In this document: positions 28,130 to 36,543 of the stretch, piece after piece
How positions within the stretch are numbered: the stretch's first letter is position 1
Layout: each line of letters begins with the position of its first letter
Source: Treponemataceae bacterium
GTDB taxonomy: Bacteria; Spirochaetota; Spirochaetia; Treponematales; Rectinemataceae
Assembly: GCA_963667725.2 (NCBI GenBank)
Contig: CAXXHO010000003.1
Coordinates: 640,001-704,000 of the forward strand
Direction of reading: 5' to 3'
Length of the DNA stretch: 64,000 nucleotides
The notes under the pieces: generated by a model
Databases searched by the model: none
The model's input: only the letters and a program-made list of their open reading frames with translations
Told to the model about the DNA's origin: nothing
Position numbers and translations under genes: made by a program

Positions 28130-28948
28130 ATGGAATTGGTTCCGGAAAAAAAAGCGAACCCGAGGATCAAGCGAGTGATTGGCGTCATCAGCGGCAAGGG
28201 CGGGGTCGGCAAATCCACGGTAGCCGTATTGCTCGCCGAGTCGCTCGCGGCGCAGGGCCGAAGCGTCGGAGTCCTCGACGCGGATATTACAGGGCCCAGT
28301 CTTCCCAGGCTTCTGGGCGTCGACTCGTTCAGGGCCGAATCTGACGAGCATCTGCTGTATCCAATCATCAATGAAGAGGGCATCAAAGTGCTCTCGATCA
28401 ACCTTTTCAATGAACATGAGGATGAACCCGTCATCTGGAGGGGCCCTCTTCTCGCAAAAGCCCTCCAGCAGTTTTGGGAGGATACCGATTGGGGTGACCT
28501 GGATTATCTTATCGTCGATTTTCCTCCGGGAACTTCCGATATTGCGCTTACCGCATTTCAGACTATACCTTTCGCCGGGATCGTTGTCGTAGGAACGCCG
28601 CAGGACTATGTATCGATGATCGTGACAAAATCCATCAAGATGGCTACCATGATGAAGGCTCCTGTCCTCGGGATCATCGAGAACATGAGGACAATGATCT
28701 GTCCTTCCTGCGGCGAAGAGGTCACTCTTTTTGATGATGGAAGTTCGGTTGGCGGGAATCACTTTGGACTTCCCCTCATCGCGAGTCTTCCCTGGAGAAA
28801 AGAAGTGGCGCAGGCGCGTTCGATACGCTGGACCGACCTTCCGGAAGCGGCACGGAAAGAGGCCGACAGAATGGCCGTCGAGATGGAATTGGCACTCTCG
28901 AGCCATGCCTCGAATCCCGCAAAGGCTGTGGAGCACAAAGCAGTCTAG
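28130..28948 (+). CDS. Mrp/NBP35 Fe-S cluster carrier ATPase
   Basis: SGKGGVGKST, DADITGPS, PVIWRGP, DFPPGTSD, ENM...CPSC. Confidence 0.92.
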   Translation: MELVPEKKANPRIKRVIGVISGKGGVGKSTVAVLLAESLAAQGRSVGVLDADITGPSLPRLLGVDSFRAESDEHLLYPIINEEGIKVLSINLFNEHEDEPVIWRGPLLAKALQQFWEDTDWGDLDYLIVDFPPGTSDIALTAFQTIPFAGIVVVGTPQDYVSMIVTKSIKMATMMKAPVLGIIENMRTMICPSCGEEVTLFDDGSSVGGNHFGLPLIASLPWRKEVAQARSIRWTDLPEAARKEADRMAVEMELALSSHASNPAKAVEHKAV

Positions 28949-28957
28949 GAGGCTCTA

Positions 28958-29632
28958 ATGCCACGACCGATAAGCGAGCGCCGTCTGGGCGCTCCCATAG
29001 CGCCGAGGGTCATGAAACCGGCGGGAATTCCCGCGCGAGTACTTGAGGAGGTGCTGCTTGGTTTCGATGAGGCCGAGGCATTGAGACTTGCCGACCTGGA
29101 AGGTTTATACCAGGAGGCCGCAGCGCGTTCCATGGGCGTATCGCGGCAGACATTCGGCCGGATTGTGGAAATTGCAAGGCACAAGGTCGCCGACGCGATA
29201 TTGAACGGAAAAGCCCTGCGGATTGAAGGGGGCGAGATTGTCATACGAGAGCAAGGAGAAACTGTCATGAAAATAGCGGTACCATCACTGGACGGTCTTG
29301 TGGATGAGCATTTCGGCCACTGTAAGGAATTTTTAATTTTCCGTGTTGAGAAGGATTCGCTCATCGAAGAACAGCCTATACCATCTCTTGCGGGTTGCGG
29401 ATGCAAATCAGGCGTGGCTTCAGTCCTCGCGAAATCGGGGGTCACCCACCTCGTGGCGGGCAATATGGGTGAGGGAGCCGTCCGCGTTTTAGGCTCTCAG
29501 GGAATCGTCGTGGTGCGCGGAGCTTCGGGCTCGGCCAAGGCGGCCGCCGAGGCTTTCGCGAAGGGTGCTCTCGCCGATTCAGGTGTCGGCTGTGCCGGAC
29601 ATGGCGGAGAAGGGCACGACTGTTCACATTGA
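28958..29632 (+). CDS. DUF134 HTH domain fused to a NifB/NifX domain
   Basis: MPRP, EALRLADLEGLYQEAAARSMGVSRQTFGRI...ARHKVADAI..GK.L.IEGG, then MKIAVP...HFGHC...GCGCKS...AGNMG.GA. Confidence 0.88.
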   Translation: MPRPISERRLGAPIAPRVMKPAGIPARVLEEVLLGFDEAEALRLADLEGLYQEAAARSMGVSRQTFGRIVEIARHKVADAILNGKALRIEGGEIVIREQGETVMKIAVPSLDGLVDEHFGHCKEFLIFRVEKDSLIEEQPIPSLAGCGCKSGVASVLAKSGVTHLVAGNMGEGAVRVLGSQGIVVVRGASGSAKAAAEAFAKGALADSGVGCAGHGGEGHDCSH

Positions 29633-29646
29633 TTTTTCGATTCATG

Positions 29647-29683
29647 AAAAAAGCGGTCATCGGAAATCGATGACCGCTTTTTT
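29647..29683. terminator. Bidirectional rho-independent terminator
   Basis: AAAAAA-GCGGTCATCG-GAAAT-CGATGACCGC-TTTTTT between convergent genes. Confidence 0.88.
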
Positions 29684-29700
29684 ATGTCTATGCCGCCGCT

Positions 29701-30861
29701 TTACGAGAGCCGCGCGCCCACCGCTTTCGCGGCGCTTTTTATGTCCTTGAGACCCGATCCTGTGAGCATGACGACAACGGTCTCCTCGCGGGGGATCGTC
29801 GACAGGACTTTCAGGTAGGAGGCGAAGGCGCAGGCGCTCGAGGGTTCCGCGAAGAGGCCGGACATGGAGGAGAGCCGGCGCTGGGCGACGAGGATTTCCT
29901 CGTCGGTGACGGTTACGCCCTTGCCGCCGTACTTCCTCAATTTGGCGAGGACGAAGCCGCCGTTGCGCGGCACATCGACGGAGATCGAGTCGGCGAGGGT
30001 ATCGGAGGGGCGCTCATCGAAGCCGCCCGTCGCGAGGGCGCGCGCGATGGCGCTGGAGCCTTCGGCCTGGGCTGCCCAGAAGGTCGGCATTTTAGAGGTG
30101 AGGCCGAGCCTGAGGAGGTCTTCGAAGCCCTTGATGATACCGGCCAGGATGACGCCGTCGCCGGTGGGCACGAAGACGTGATCGGGAGCGGTTCCCAGGT
30201 CCCGGGCGATCTCGAAGCTGGCCGTCTTTTTGCCTTCGATGGTGAGGGGATTGTAGGCGGTGTTACGCGAGAGGACGCCGGTGGCCGCCGAATAGGCGAG
30301 GGATTCGTCGAAGGCCTGGTCGTAGGTGCCCTGGATCTCGCGAAGCTCGGCGCCGTACTGGAGGACCTGAACGCGCTTGGCCGCCGGCGCGGAGGCCGGC
30401 AGGAAGACGGTGATTTTGAGGCCGGCGGCCGCTCCCACGCAGGCCATGCTCGAGGCGGCGTTGCCGGTTGAAGCGAGGGCGATTTCCTTGAGCCCGAACT
30501 TGCGCGCGAAGGCCGCCACGAGCCAGCTCGCCCTGTCCTTATAAGAGCCCGAGGGGTTGCAGGTGTCGTCCTTGAGGTAAAGGTTGGGCGCGTCCAGGGC
30601 TTCGCGCAAGCGCTCAGGCTCCCATAGCGGCGTGTCCCCCACGGGCAGCGGCGGGAAAAATTCTTTCTCGATGGGGAGCGGAACGCTTCCGGCCTCCGCG
30701 ATCCTGAGCGCCTCGCCTTCGTCTTCCTCCCAGGCGCATTCGAGGACGCCTTCCAGGGGAATGCCCGGCTTGTTTTTCCTGCCGCATTCATCGCAGAGGT
30801 AGCGTCCGGGCTCGATCGGGTAGGTGGCGCCGCAGGAGGGGCAGCGGTAGAGCCATCTCAT
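29701..30861 (-). CDS. Threonine-synthase-like PLP fold-type II enzyme
   Basis: N-terminal CxxC..CxxC, GDTPL, NPSGSYKDR, ASTGNAASS, EGKKT, VPTGDG, LTGSGLK; ATGA overlap with ygeY. Confidence 0.85.
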   Translation of the reverse strand: MRWLYRCPSCGATYPIEPGRYLCDECGRKNKPGIPLEGVLECAWEEDEGEALRIAEAGSVPLPIEKEFFPPLPVGDTPLWEPERLREALDAPNLYLKDDTCNPSGSYKDRASWLVAAFARKFGLKEIALASTGNAASSMACVGAAAGLKITVFLPASAPAAKRVQVLQYGAELREIQGTYDQAFDESLAYSAATGVLSRNTAYNPLTIEGKKTASFEIARDLGTAPDHVFVPTGDGVILAGIIKGFEDLLRLGLTSKMPTFWAAQAEGSSAIARALATGGFDERPSDTLADSISVDVPRNGGFVLAKLRKYGGKGVTVTDEEILVAQRRLSSMSGLFAEPSSACAFASYLKVLSTIPREETVVVMLTGSGLKDIKSAAKAVGARLS

Positions 30862-32066
30862 GCGCGTTTCTCCAGCCTGCCGGGAAGGGCGGCGTAGAAG
30901 GCGGCGCAGATCTCGAGGTCGTCGATCCTGTTGATTTCGTTCGGCGCGTGGGCCTGGCTCTCGTCGCCGGGGCCGAAGCCTATGCAGGGGATCTGGTGAC
31001 GGCCACATATGGCGACGCAGTTCGTCGAAAAGGTCCATTTATCCACGACGGGAGGTTTACCGAAAAGGTCGCCGTAGGCTTCCACGCCCGAGCGGACGAG
31101 GGGATGATCGGCCTTGATTTTCCAGGTGGGGAAATAGAGTTCCTGTCTGTAGAGGGTTCCTGTGTATGCCGGCTGGGCGTATTCGGGCATTTTTACCGTG
31201 AAGTTGTTCACGCCAGCTTCCGTCAGGGCTTTTTCGACCTGGGCGATGGCGATCGCGTCGTTTTCGCCCCAGGTGAGGCGGCGGTCGCAGTAGAGCATAG
31301 CCTGGTCGGGTACGGCGCACTGGCTCGGTCCCTGTACCTTGATTTGCGATACCGTGATGGTGCCCTTGCCAAGGAATCCATCGTCGTCCGGTTTCAGCTC
31401 GGTGTTGAGCTTCTCGATGGCGAGGGCGGCGCGCGCCGCCTTGTAGGCAGCCGAATCGCCGCGCTCGGGCGCCGAGCCGTGGCAGGAGACGCCTTTGATG
31501 TCGATCTGGATTTCCATGCGTCCGCGGTGGCCGCGGTAGAGCCTGCAGGAGGTGGGTTCGGTGGAGACGGCGAAATCGGGGACGAATTTCTCTTCCTCGA
31601 TGAGGTATTTCCAGCAGAGCCCGTCGCAGTCTTCCTCGATGACGGTGAAGGCGAACCAGACGGTGAAGTCGCCGTCGTAGGCCAGTTCCTTCAGGATACG
31701 CGCCGCGGTGATCATGGAGGCGGCGCCTCCTAGCTGGTCGGAGGAGCCGCGTCCGTAGACGAGGCCGTCTTTGATAATTCCAGAGTGGGGCTGGGTTTTC
31801 CACTGGGCGGGGTCGCCGACGCCGACCGTGTCGATGTGGGCGTCGAAAACGAGCTTTTTTTTGCCTTTGCCGACGCGCCCGAGCAGAGAGCCGAGGCCGT
31901 CGATGTGGATATCTTCCATGCCCGCTTCGGCGCAGAGTTTCTTAAGCAGCAGGACGCGGTCTTTTTCAGTCGTGCTGAAGCCCGGCACCTTGATCATTTC
32001 GCTTAAGTTGCGGGCCGTGTAGTCCCTGTATTCCTTCGCTTTCGCGAGAATTGTCGCGCTGTCCAT
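30858..32066 (-). CDS. ygeY: YgeY-family M20 hydrolase
   Basis: DAHIDTVG, EEDCDGLCWKY, YRGHRGRMEI, CHGSAPERGD, DRRLTWGE, KWTFSTN, GFGPG...AHAPNE. Confidence 0.92.
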   Translation of the reverse strand: MDSATILAKAKEYRDYTARNLSEMIKVPGFSTTEKDRVLLLKKLCAEAGMEDIHIDGLGSLLGRVGKGKKKLVFDAHIDTVGVGDPAQWKTQPHSGIIKDGLVYGRGSSDQLGGAASMITAARILKELAYDGDFTVWFAFTVIEEDCDGLCWKYLIEEEKFVPDFAVSTEPTSCRLYRGHRGRMEIQIDIKGVSCHGSAPERGDSAAYKAARAALAIEKLNTELKPDDDGFLGKGTITVSQIKVQGPSQCAVPDQAMLYCDRRLTWGENDAIAIAQVEKALTEAGVNNFTVKMPEYAQPAYTGTLYRQELYFPTWKIKADHPLVRSGVEAYGDLFGKPPVVDKWTFSTNCVAICGRHQIPCIGFGPGDESQAHAPNEINRIDDLEICAAFYAALPGRLEKRA

Positions 32067-32068
32067 AG

Positions 32069-33415
32069 TCACCTTCCTTCCATATTGTTCCAGAGACGGC
32101 GAGCCTGGACGCGCGCCGCAGCCTGGATTTTTTCCATATCGAACAGGGGTTTCCTGTCCTGGATGCGAATTTTTCCCGCGACCGCGACGCTGCGCACGGA
32201 GCGAGAGCTCATGCCGAAGGCCATGTGGCCCGCGATGTTGGCCGGGTCGAGGGGGGTGGGCGGGTCGTAGTCCCAGAGGACGAGATCGGCCGGATTGCCG
32301 GGGGCGAGGACGCCGAAGCTGCCTTCGCCGGGGAAATAGCGCTCGAGGAGCCTGTTGCCGCGGTCGAGGCAGGCGAGGAAGTTGTCGGGCCACCAGGGGC
32401 CGGCCGATTCCCTGTGACGGAAGACGGCGAACTTGAATTCCTCGAGCATGTCGGCGCCCATGCCGTCGGTGCCGAGGACGACGTTCCCGTGCGTCGGCAG
32501 GAGGGCGTTGTAGCCCACCGCGTTGTTCATGTTGGATCGCGCGTTGTGGGCGAGGAAGACGTCCCGGGCGTTCATGATCTCAATTTCCGAGGGCGTGAGC
32601 CAGAGTCCGTGGCCGATGATGCCCTTGGGGGTGAGGGCCCCGACTTTCTCCAGCCTTTCGACGAGGTCGAGGCCGTGGCGATAGCGTGAATCGACGGCGT
32701 CGTACCTGTCCTCGGCGAGATGGATGTGGATGCCCCGGCCGGAGGTTTTCACCGCGTCGGCGAGGCCTTCAAGCGTCTCCTGGCCGACGGTGAAGCCGGC
32801 GTGGCCGCCTACGGCGGCCTCAACCTGGGGTCGCTGACCGCGCGCGCGCATCCCGTCCACTTCGCGCGCGAAGCGCAGGTTTTCGGACAGCCCCGCGTGC
32901 GCGCCGTCGGCGCCGTTCCGGTCTGTAGTCTCGTAGCAGAGTATGCCGCGCAGGCCCACTTCCTCATAAGCCTGCCTGATGACCGACAGGCTTCCGTCGA
33001 TGGCGTTGGGGCTCGCGTGGTGATCCACGAGGGAAGTGACACCCGCAGCCAGCGCGTCGGCGCAGCCCGCGAGGGCGCTCGCCTCGATGATGGGCAGGTC
33101 GATCGCCCTATCCAGCCTCCACCAGAGGTGCTCGAGGATCTGGCAGAAATCCTTGGAGGGCTGGATGGCCACCTCCATGCCCCTCGCGAGCGCGGAATAG
33201 AGATGGGTGTGGGCGCAGACGAGGCCCGGCGAGAGATAGCCGCCTGAGCCCGCGAGTTCTGCCCGCGGGTATTTCGCGCGCAGTCCGGTTCCGATCTCAG
33301 CTATCGTCCCGGCCTTCGCGCCTTCCTCCTCCGGTCCGTAGGCGACGAGGTCGCATTCTTCCGAAACGGCGGGAGGGTTGAAGGACAGGAGCTTTACGTT
33401 CTCGAAAAGGATCAT
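32069..33415 (-). CDS. ssnA: SsnA-family amidohydrolase
   Basis: HTHLYSALARG, ILEHLWWRLDRA, DHHASP, CYETTDR, SNMNNAVGY, LGTDG.GADMLEE, YDPPTPL. Confidence 0.92.
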   Translation of the reverse strand: MILFENVKLLSFNPPAVSEECDLVAYGPEEEGAKAGTIAEIGTGLRAKYPRAELAGSGGYLSPGLVCAHTHLYSALARGMEVAIQPSKDFCQILEHLWWRLDRAIDLPIIEASALAGCADALAAGVTSLVDHHASPNAIDGSLSVIRQAYEEVGLRGILCYETTDRNGADGAHAGLSENLRFAREVDGMRARGQRPQVEAAVGGHAGFTVGQETLEGLADAVKTSGRGIHIHLAEDRYDAVDSRYRHGLDLVERLEKVGALTPKGIIGHGLWLTPSEIEIMNARDVFLAHNARSNMNNAVGYNALLPTHGNVVLGTDGMGADMLEEFKFAVFRHRESAGPWWPDNFLACLDRGNRLLERYFPGEGSFGVLAPGNPADLVLWDYDPPTPLDPANIAGHMAFGMSSRSVRSVAVAGKIRIQDRKPLFDMEKIQAAARVQARRLWNNMEGR

Positions 33416-36400
33416 GGAGCTTCCTCCAGAAGATAGCGATGGGTTCGGTAGACTTCGCGCGCGAAGGCCACCATGGCCGAATCGGCCGGCGCGGAAACCG
33501 CTCCGTTCCAGGATGGGTAGTCGAGCTTATGCGGGGGAGCGCCGATCTCGGTTCTCAGGACGAGATTGGAAAGGCCGCCTTCGGAGACGAAGGCGAATCC
33601 GGCGTTCTTCGAGGCGGCGAGATCTTCCTCGTCGTCGAAGAGGGTGACTTTGCCGGAGAATGGTTCCCCCTCGAAGGGGCAGAAGAAGCCGCAGTTGCCG
33701 CATTCGTTGCAGAGACGGTCCAGATGGAGGATCTGGGCATCCTGGGCGAAGGGCAGGCCGGATTCGATGAACATGTTGGCGCGGTTGGGACAGACTTCCA
33801 CGCAGCGCAGGCATGCCGAGTCGCAGGCGAGGCAGCGTTCGGCCTCCCTCTCGGCGAATTTAGGATCGTCGAAATCGAGGGAAGGCAGAATTTCTCCCCG
33901 CTTCGCCAGCTTGGACCTATCCATGAGGGGCGGGCGGTAATCGGCCGTCGGCAGGACGAATCCTTCGGCGGCGAGAATGGCCCTGGCAGCCGCCCTTCCG
34001 TCGGCTTCAGCGGCGATGATGGAGGCCGGACCGCGCCTTGCGTCTCCGCCGACATAAAGGCCCTTTACCTCGGTTTCCATCGTGTCGGGATTGGCTATGG
34101 GAAGATGGTTTCTTCCAAGGCTCACTCCCAGCTGCTCGAGAAGCCGGGCATCGGGTTCTTCTCCGACCGCCGTTATGAGGAGATCGCAGGGGAGTTCGAA
34201 GGTTTCTTCCGAAGGAAGGGGAGAACGGCGCCCGGAGGCGTCCTTCTCGCCAAGGACCATGCGCCTCAGCACGAGGCTGCCAGGCTTCGCTTCCTCGGGC
34301 AGGGAAAGCTCCAGCATCGTATTCCGCTCGCCACCCAAGGCCTTGGACTCCTGGAGCGCGTTTTCCAGTTCTTCCAGGTCGGCGGGCATTTCCTTGCGAG
34401 TCCTTCTGTAGGAAAGGTGGACGGATTCCATCCCGAGAATACGCGTGGCGGCGCGCACCGCGTCGCAGGCCGTGTTGCCGCCGCCGGCCACGATTACATG
34501 GCGGATACCGGCGAAGGCTTCGGCTCCTTCGGCCCCGAAACGTTTAAGGAAGTCGAGGGCGTCCATGGTCTTGAGCCCCGACCCTTTAAGCTTTAATTGG
34601 CGCGCGGAATCGGCCCCCGTGCAGATGAAGAAGCTCGTGTAGCCTTCCGCCTTGAGCTCGCCGAGCGAGGCGATGCTCCGCCCGAATTCGAATCCGACCC
34701 CTATGGAGGCTATCCTGTCGATATCGCGGGCGATTTCTTCCCTGGCGATCCTGAAGCCGGGTATGACGTTGGCGGGGACGCCTCCGGGCGCCGGGCCCGA
34801 GTCGAACACTTTCACTTCGTGGCGCGCTGAAGCCAGGTAATAGGCGCAGGCGAGTCCGGCCGGCCCGGCGCCTATTACGGCGCTCTTCCCTCCGGGGACG
34901 CAGAGCGCTTCGGGCAGGGGAGCGGCGGGCAGATCGGCGGCTCTCGCGGCCTTCAGCTTCACGTCGCGTATCCGCACCGAGCCCTCGTAATCGAGCCTGG
35001 AACAATGTTCCTGGCAGACGTGGTCACAGAGCACGCCCGTTATGTGGGCGAGGGGATTGTCAGAGAGTATCGTGGCGAGAGCCTGTTCGCTCAGGCCTGA
35101 TCCTTGTGCCTTGATATAGGACGGCGCCTTCTGGTTTACGGGGCAGGCTTCTATGCAGGGAGCGGCGAAGCAGTCGTAGAGCGGGAGTTTTTTCGCTATG
35201 GAGACCTTGCCCACCTTCCATCCTTTTCGATACTCGGGTCTTCCGAGAGCGGCCTCGGCCAGGGCTTCCAGAGCCTCCGGGTTGGTCAACCTCGGCTCAA
35301 GCGGGATGGGCAGGGCGCCGACGGCTTCCCTAGCGATCTGCGCCAGGCGCAGGTATCCGCCCGGTTTCAGAATATCGGTGGCGACGGTCAGAGGTCCGAG
35401 TCCCGAGGTGATGAGGTCAGCCGCGTTGAGCGCCGAAACGCCGCCGCAGTAAGAGATTCGCGATCCCTCCTTGGGGAGGGATCGCGCTACCTTCGCCGCT
35501 AGCTTCATGGTGATGGGGAAAAGCGCCCGTCCCGACATATAGCGCTCGTGTCCGGGGAGATTCACGCTGTCGTTGGCGTTGGCGAGGGTGTTCGAGAGCT
35601 TGATGCCGAACCGGCGTCCTCTCGCCTGAGCCGTCTCGCTTAACTTCCGGACGAGGGCGAGGGCGGCGTCGAACTGCAGGTCGTGTTCAAAAGTTTCCCT
35701 TTTGATGACAATATCGTCCCAGCCCAGGCTGTCCAGAATCCGCCGCGCCTCATCGAAGCCGAGGAGGGTGGGATTGAGCTTTATGTAGGTGTCGAAGCCT
35801 TTTTCTTCAATTAGGTAGAGGCCGATGCGTTCGATTTCCTCAGGCGGGCAGCCGTGCATCGTGGAGAGCGTTACAGAGTGAAGGGGCCTTACTGGCATGT
35901 GCGCGGCGAGGGTTCTCGCCTTTTCGGCCAGCGCGTCGCCGAATGCCCGGGCGAAAGGCTCGCCCGCGATGAAGCGTTCGAGTTCCGCCATCGCCTTCGA
36001 CCAATATTCGGTGGTTTCCGGTCGCCTCATTCCCTCGATGAAGGCATCAACCTTCGCGCTTTTTATCCCCTCGAGCGTATAGCCGACCGACATGTTGAAG
36101 AAGAATTCGGTGGGTTTGCGGGACCAGAGGAAGGAGAAGAGGTTCACCGCTATCCATGCGTTGATATATTCCTTCCTGGCTTCCTCCAGGCTCAGCTCAG
36201 TCGACCATTCGACATTGTGCCCTTCGTCCAGCGCGTCGATGCATGGTTTGTCGATATCGAGGCTGTCGTTCTGCTGGACGGTCTTGAGTTCGAAGACGCG
36301 GGCTCCCGATAAATACGCGGCGAGGATGTTCGGGGCGATCTGCGTGTGGGGGCCGGCGGCAGGACCTACGGGGATGCTCGCCCTTCCCGACATGACCGTG

Positions 36401-36543
36401 AGCCCGGGACTATCCGCTTCCAGATCGAAGATTTCGCGGAAAACGCTTCCCGGGATTTCGTAGATAGAATCCTTGGCAGCGAATTCGCCCGCCGCCCGCG
36501 AAAGAAGCGCCGAAAGCGAGGTCGTTTTCATGATTTTGCTCAT
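33412..36543 (-). CDS. ygfK: YgfK-family Fe-S flavoprotein oxidoreductase
   Basis: GPAAGPHTQIA, ELKTVQ, STMHGCPPEEIE, KLNPTLLG, KLSNT, YMSGRALFP, GAGPAG, CVEVCPNRAN, CNECGNC. Confidence 0.93.
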   Translation of the reverse strand: MSKIMKTTSLSALLSRAAGEFAAKDSIYEIPGSVFREIFDLEADSPGLTVMSGRASIPVGPAAGPHTQIAPNILAAYLSGARVFELKTVQQNDSLDIDKPCIDALDEGHNVEWSTELSLEEARKEYINAWIAVNLFSFLWSRKPTEFFFNMSVGYTLEGIKSAKVDAFIEGMRRPETTEYWSKAMAELERFIAGEPFARAFGDALAEKARTLAAHMPVRPLHSVTLSTMHGCPPEEIERIGLYLIEEKGFDTYIKLNPTLLGFDEARRILDSLGWDDIVIKRETFEHDLQFDAALALVRKLSETAQARGRRFGIKLSNTLANANDSVNLPGHERYMSGRALFPITMKLAAKVARSLPKEGSRISYCGGVSALNAADLITSGLGPLTVATDILKPGGYLRLAQIAREAVGALPIPLEPRLTNPEALEALAEAALGRPEYRKGWKVGKVSIAKKLPLYDCFAAPCIEACPVNQKAPSYIKAQGSGLSEQALATILSDNPLAHITGVLCDHVCQEHCSRLDYEGSVRIRDVKLKAARAADLPAAPLPEALCVPGGKSAVIGAGPAGLACAYYLASARHEVKVFDSGPAPGGVPANVIPGFRIAREEIARDIDRIASIGVGFEFGRSIASLGELKAEGYTSFFICTGADSARQLKLKGSGLKTMDALDFLKRFGAEGAEAFAGIRHVIVAGGGNTACDAVRAATRILGMESVHLSYRRTRKEMPADLEELENALQESKALGGERNTMLELSLPEEAKPGSLVLRRMVLGEKDASGRRSPLPSEETFELPCDLLITAVGEEPDARLLEQLGVSLGRNHLPIANPDTMETEVKGLYVGGDARRGPASIIAAEADGRAAARAILAAEGFVLPTADYRPPLMDRSKLAKRGEILPSLDFDDPKFAEREAERCLACDSACLRCVEVCPNRANMFIESGLPFAQDAQILHLDRLCNECGNCGFFCPFEGEPFSGKVTLFDDEEDLAASKNAGFAFVSEGGLSNLVLRTEIGAPPHKLDYPSWNGAVSAPADSAMVAFAREVYRTHRYLLEEAP

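Noticed and set aside
19787..29632. Reading the NifU and NifB/NifX genes as nitrogen fixation
   Set aside because: No nifHDK or nifEN in the window; these domains are common in non-diazotroph ORP-like clusters
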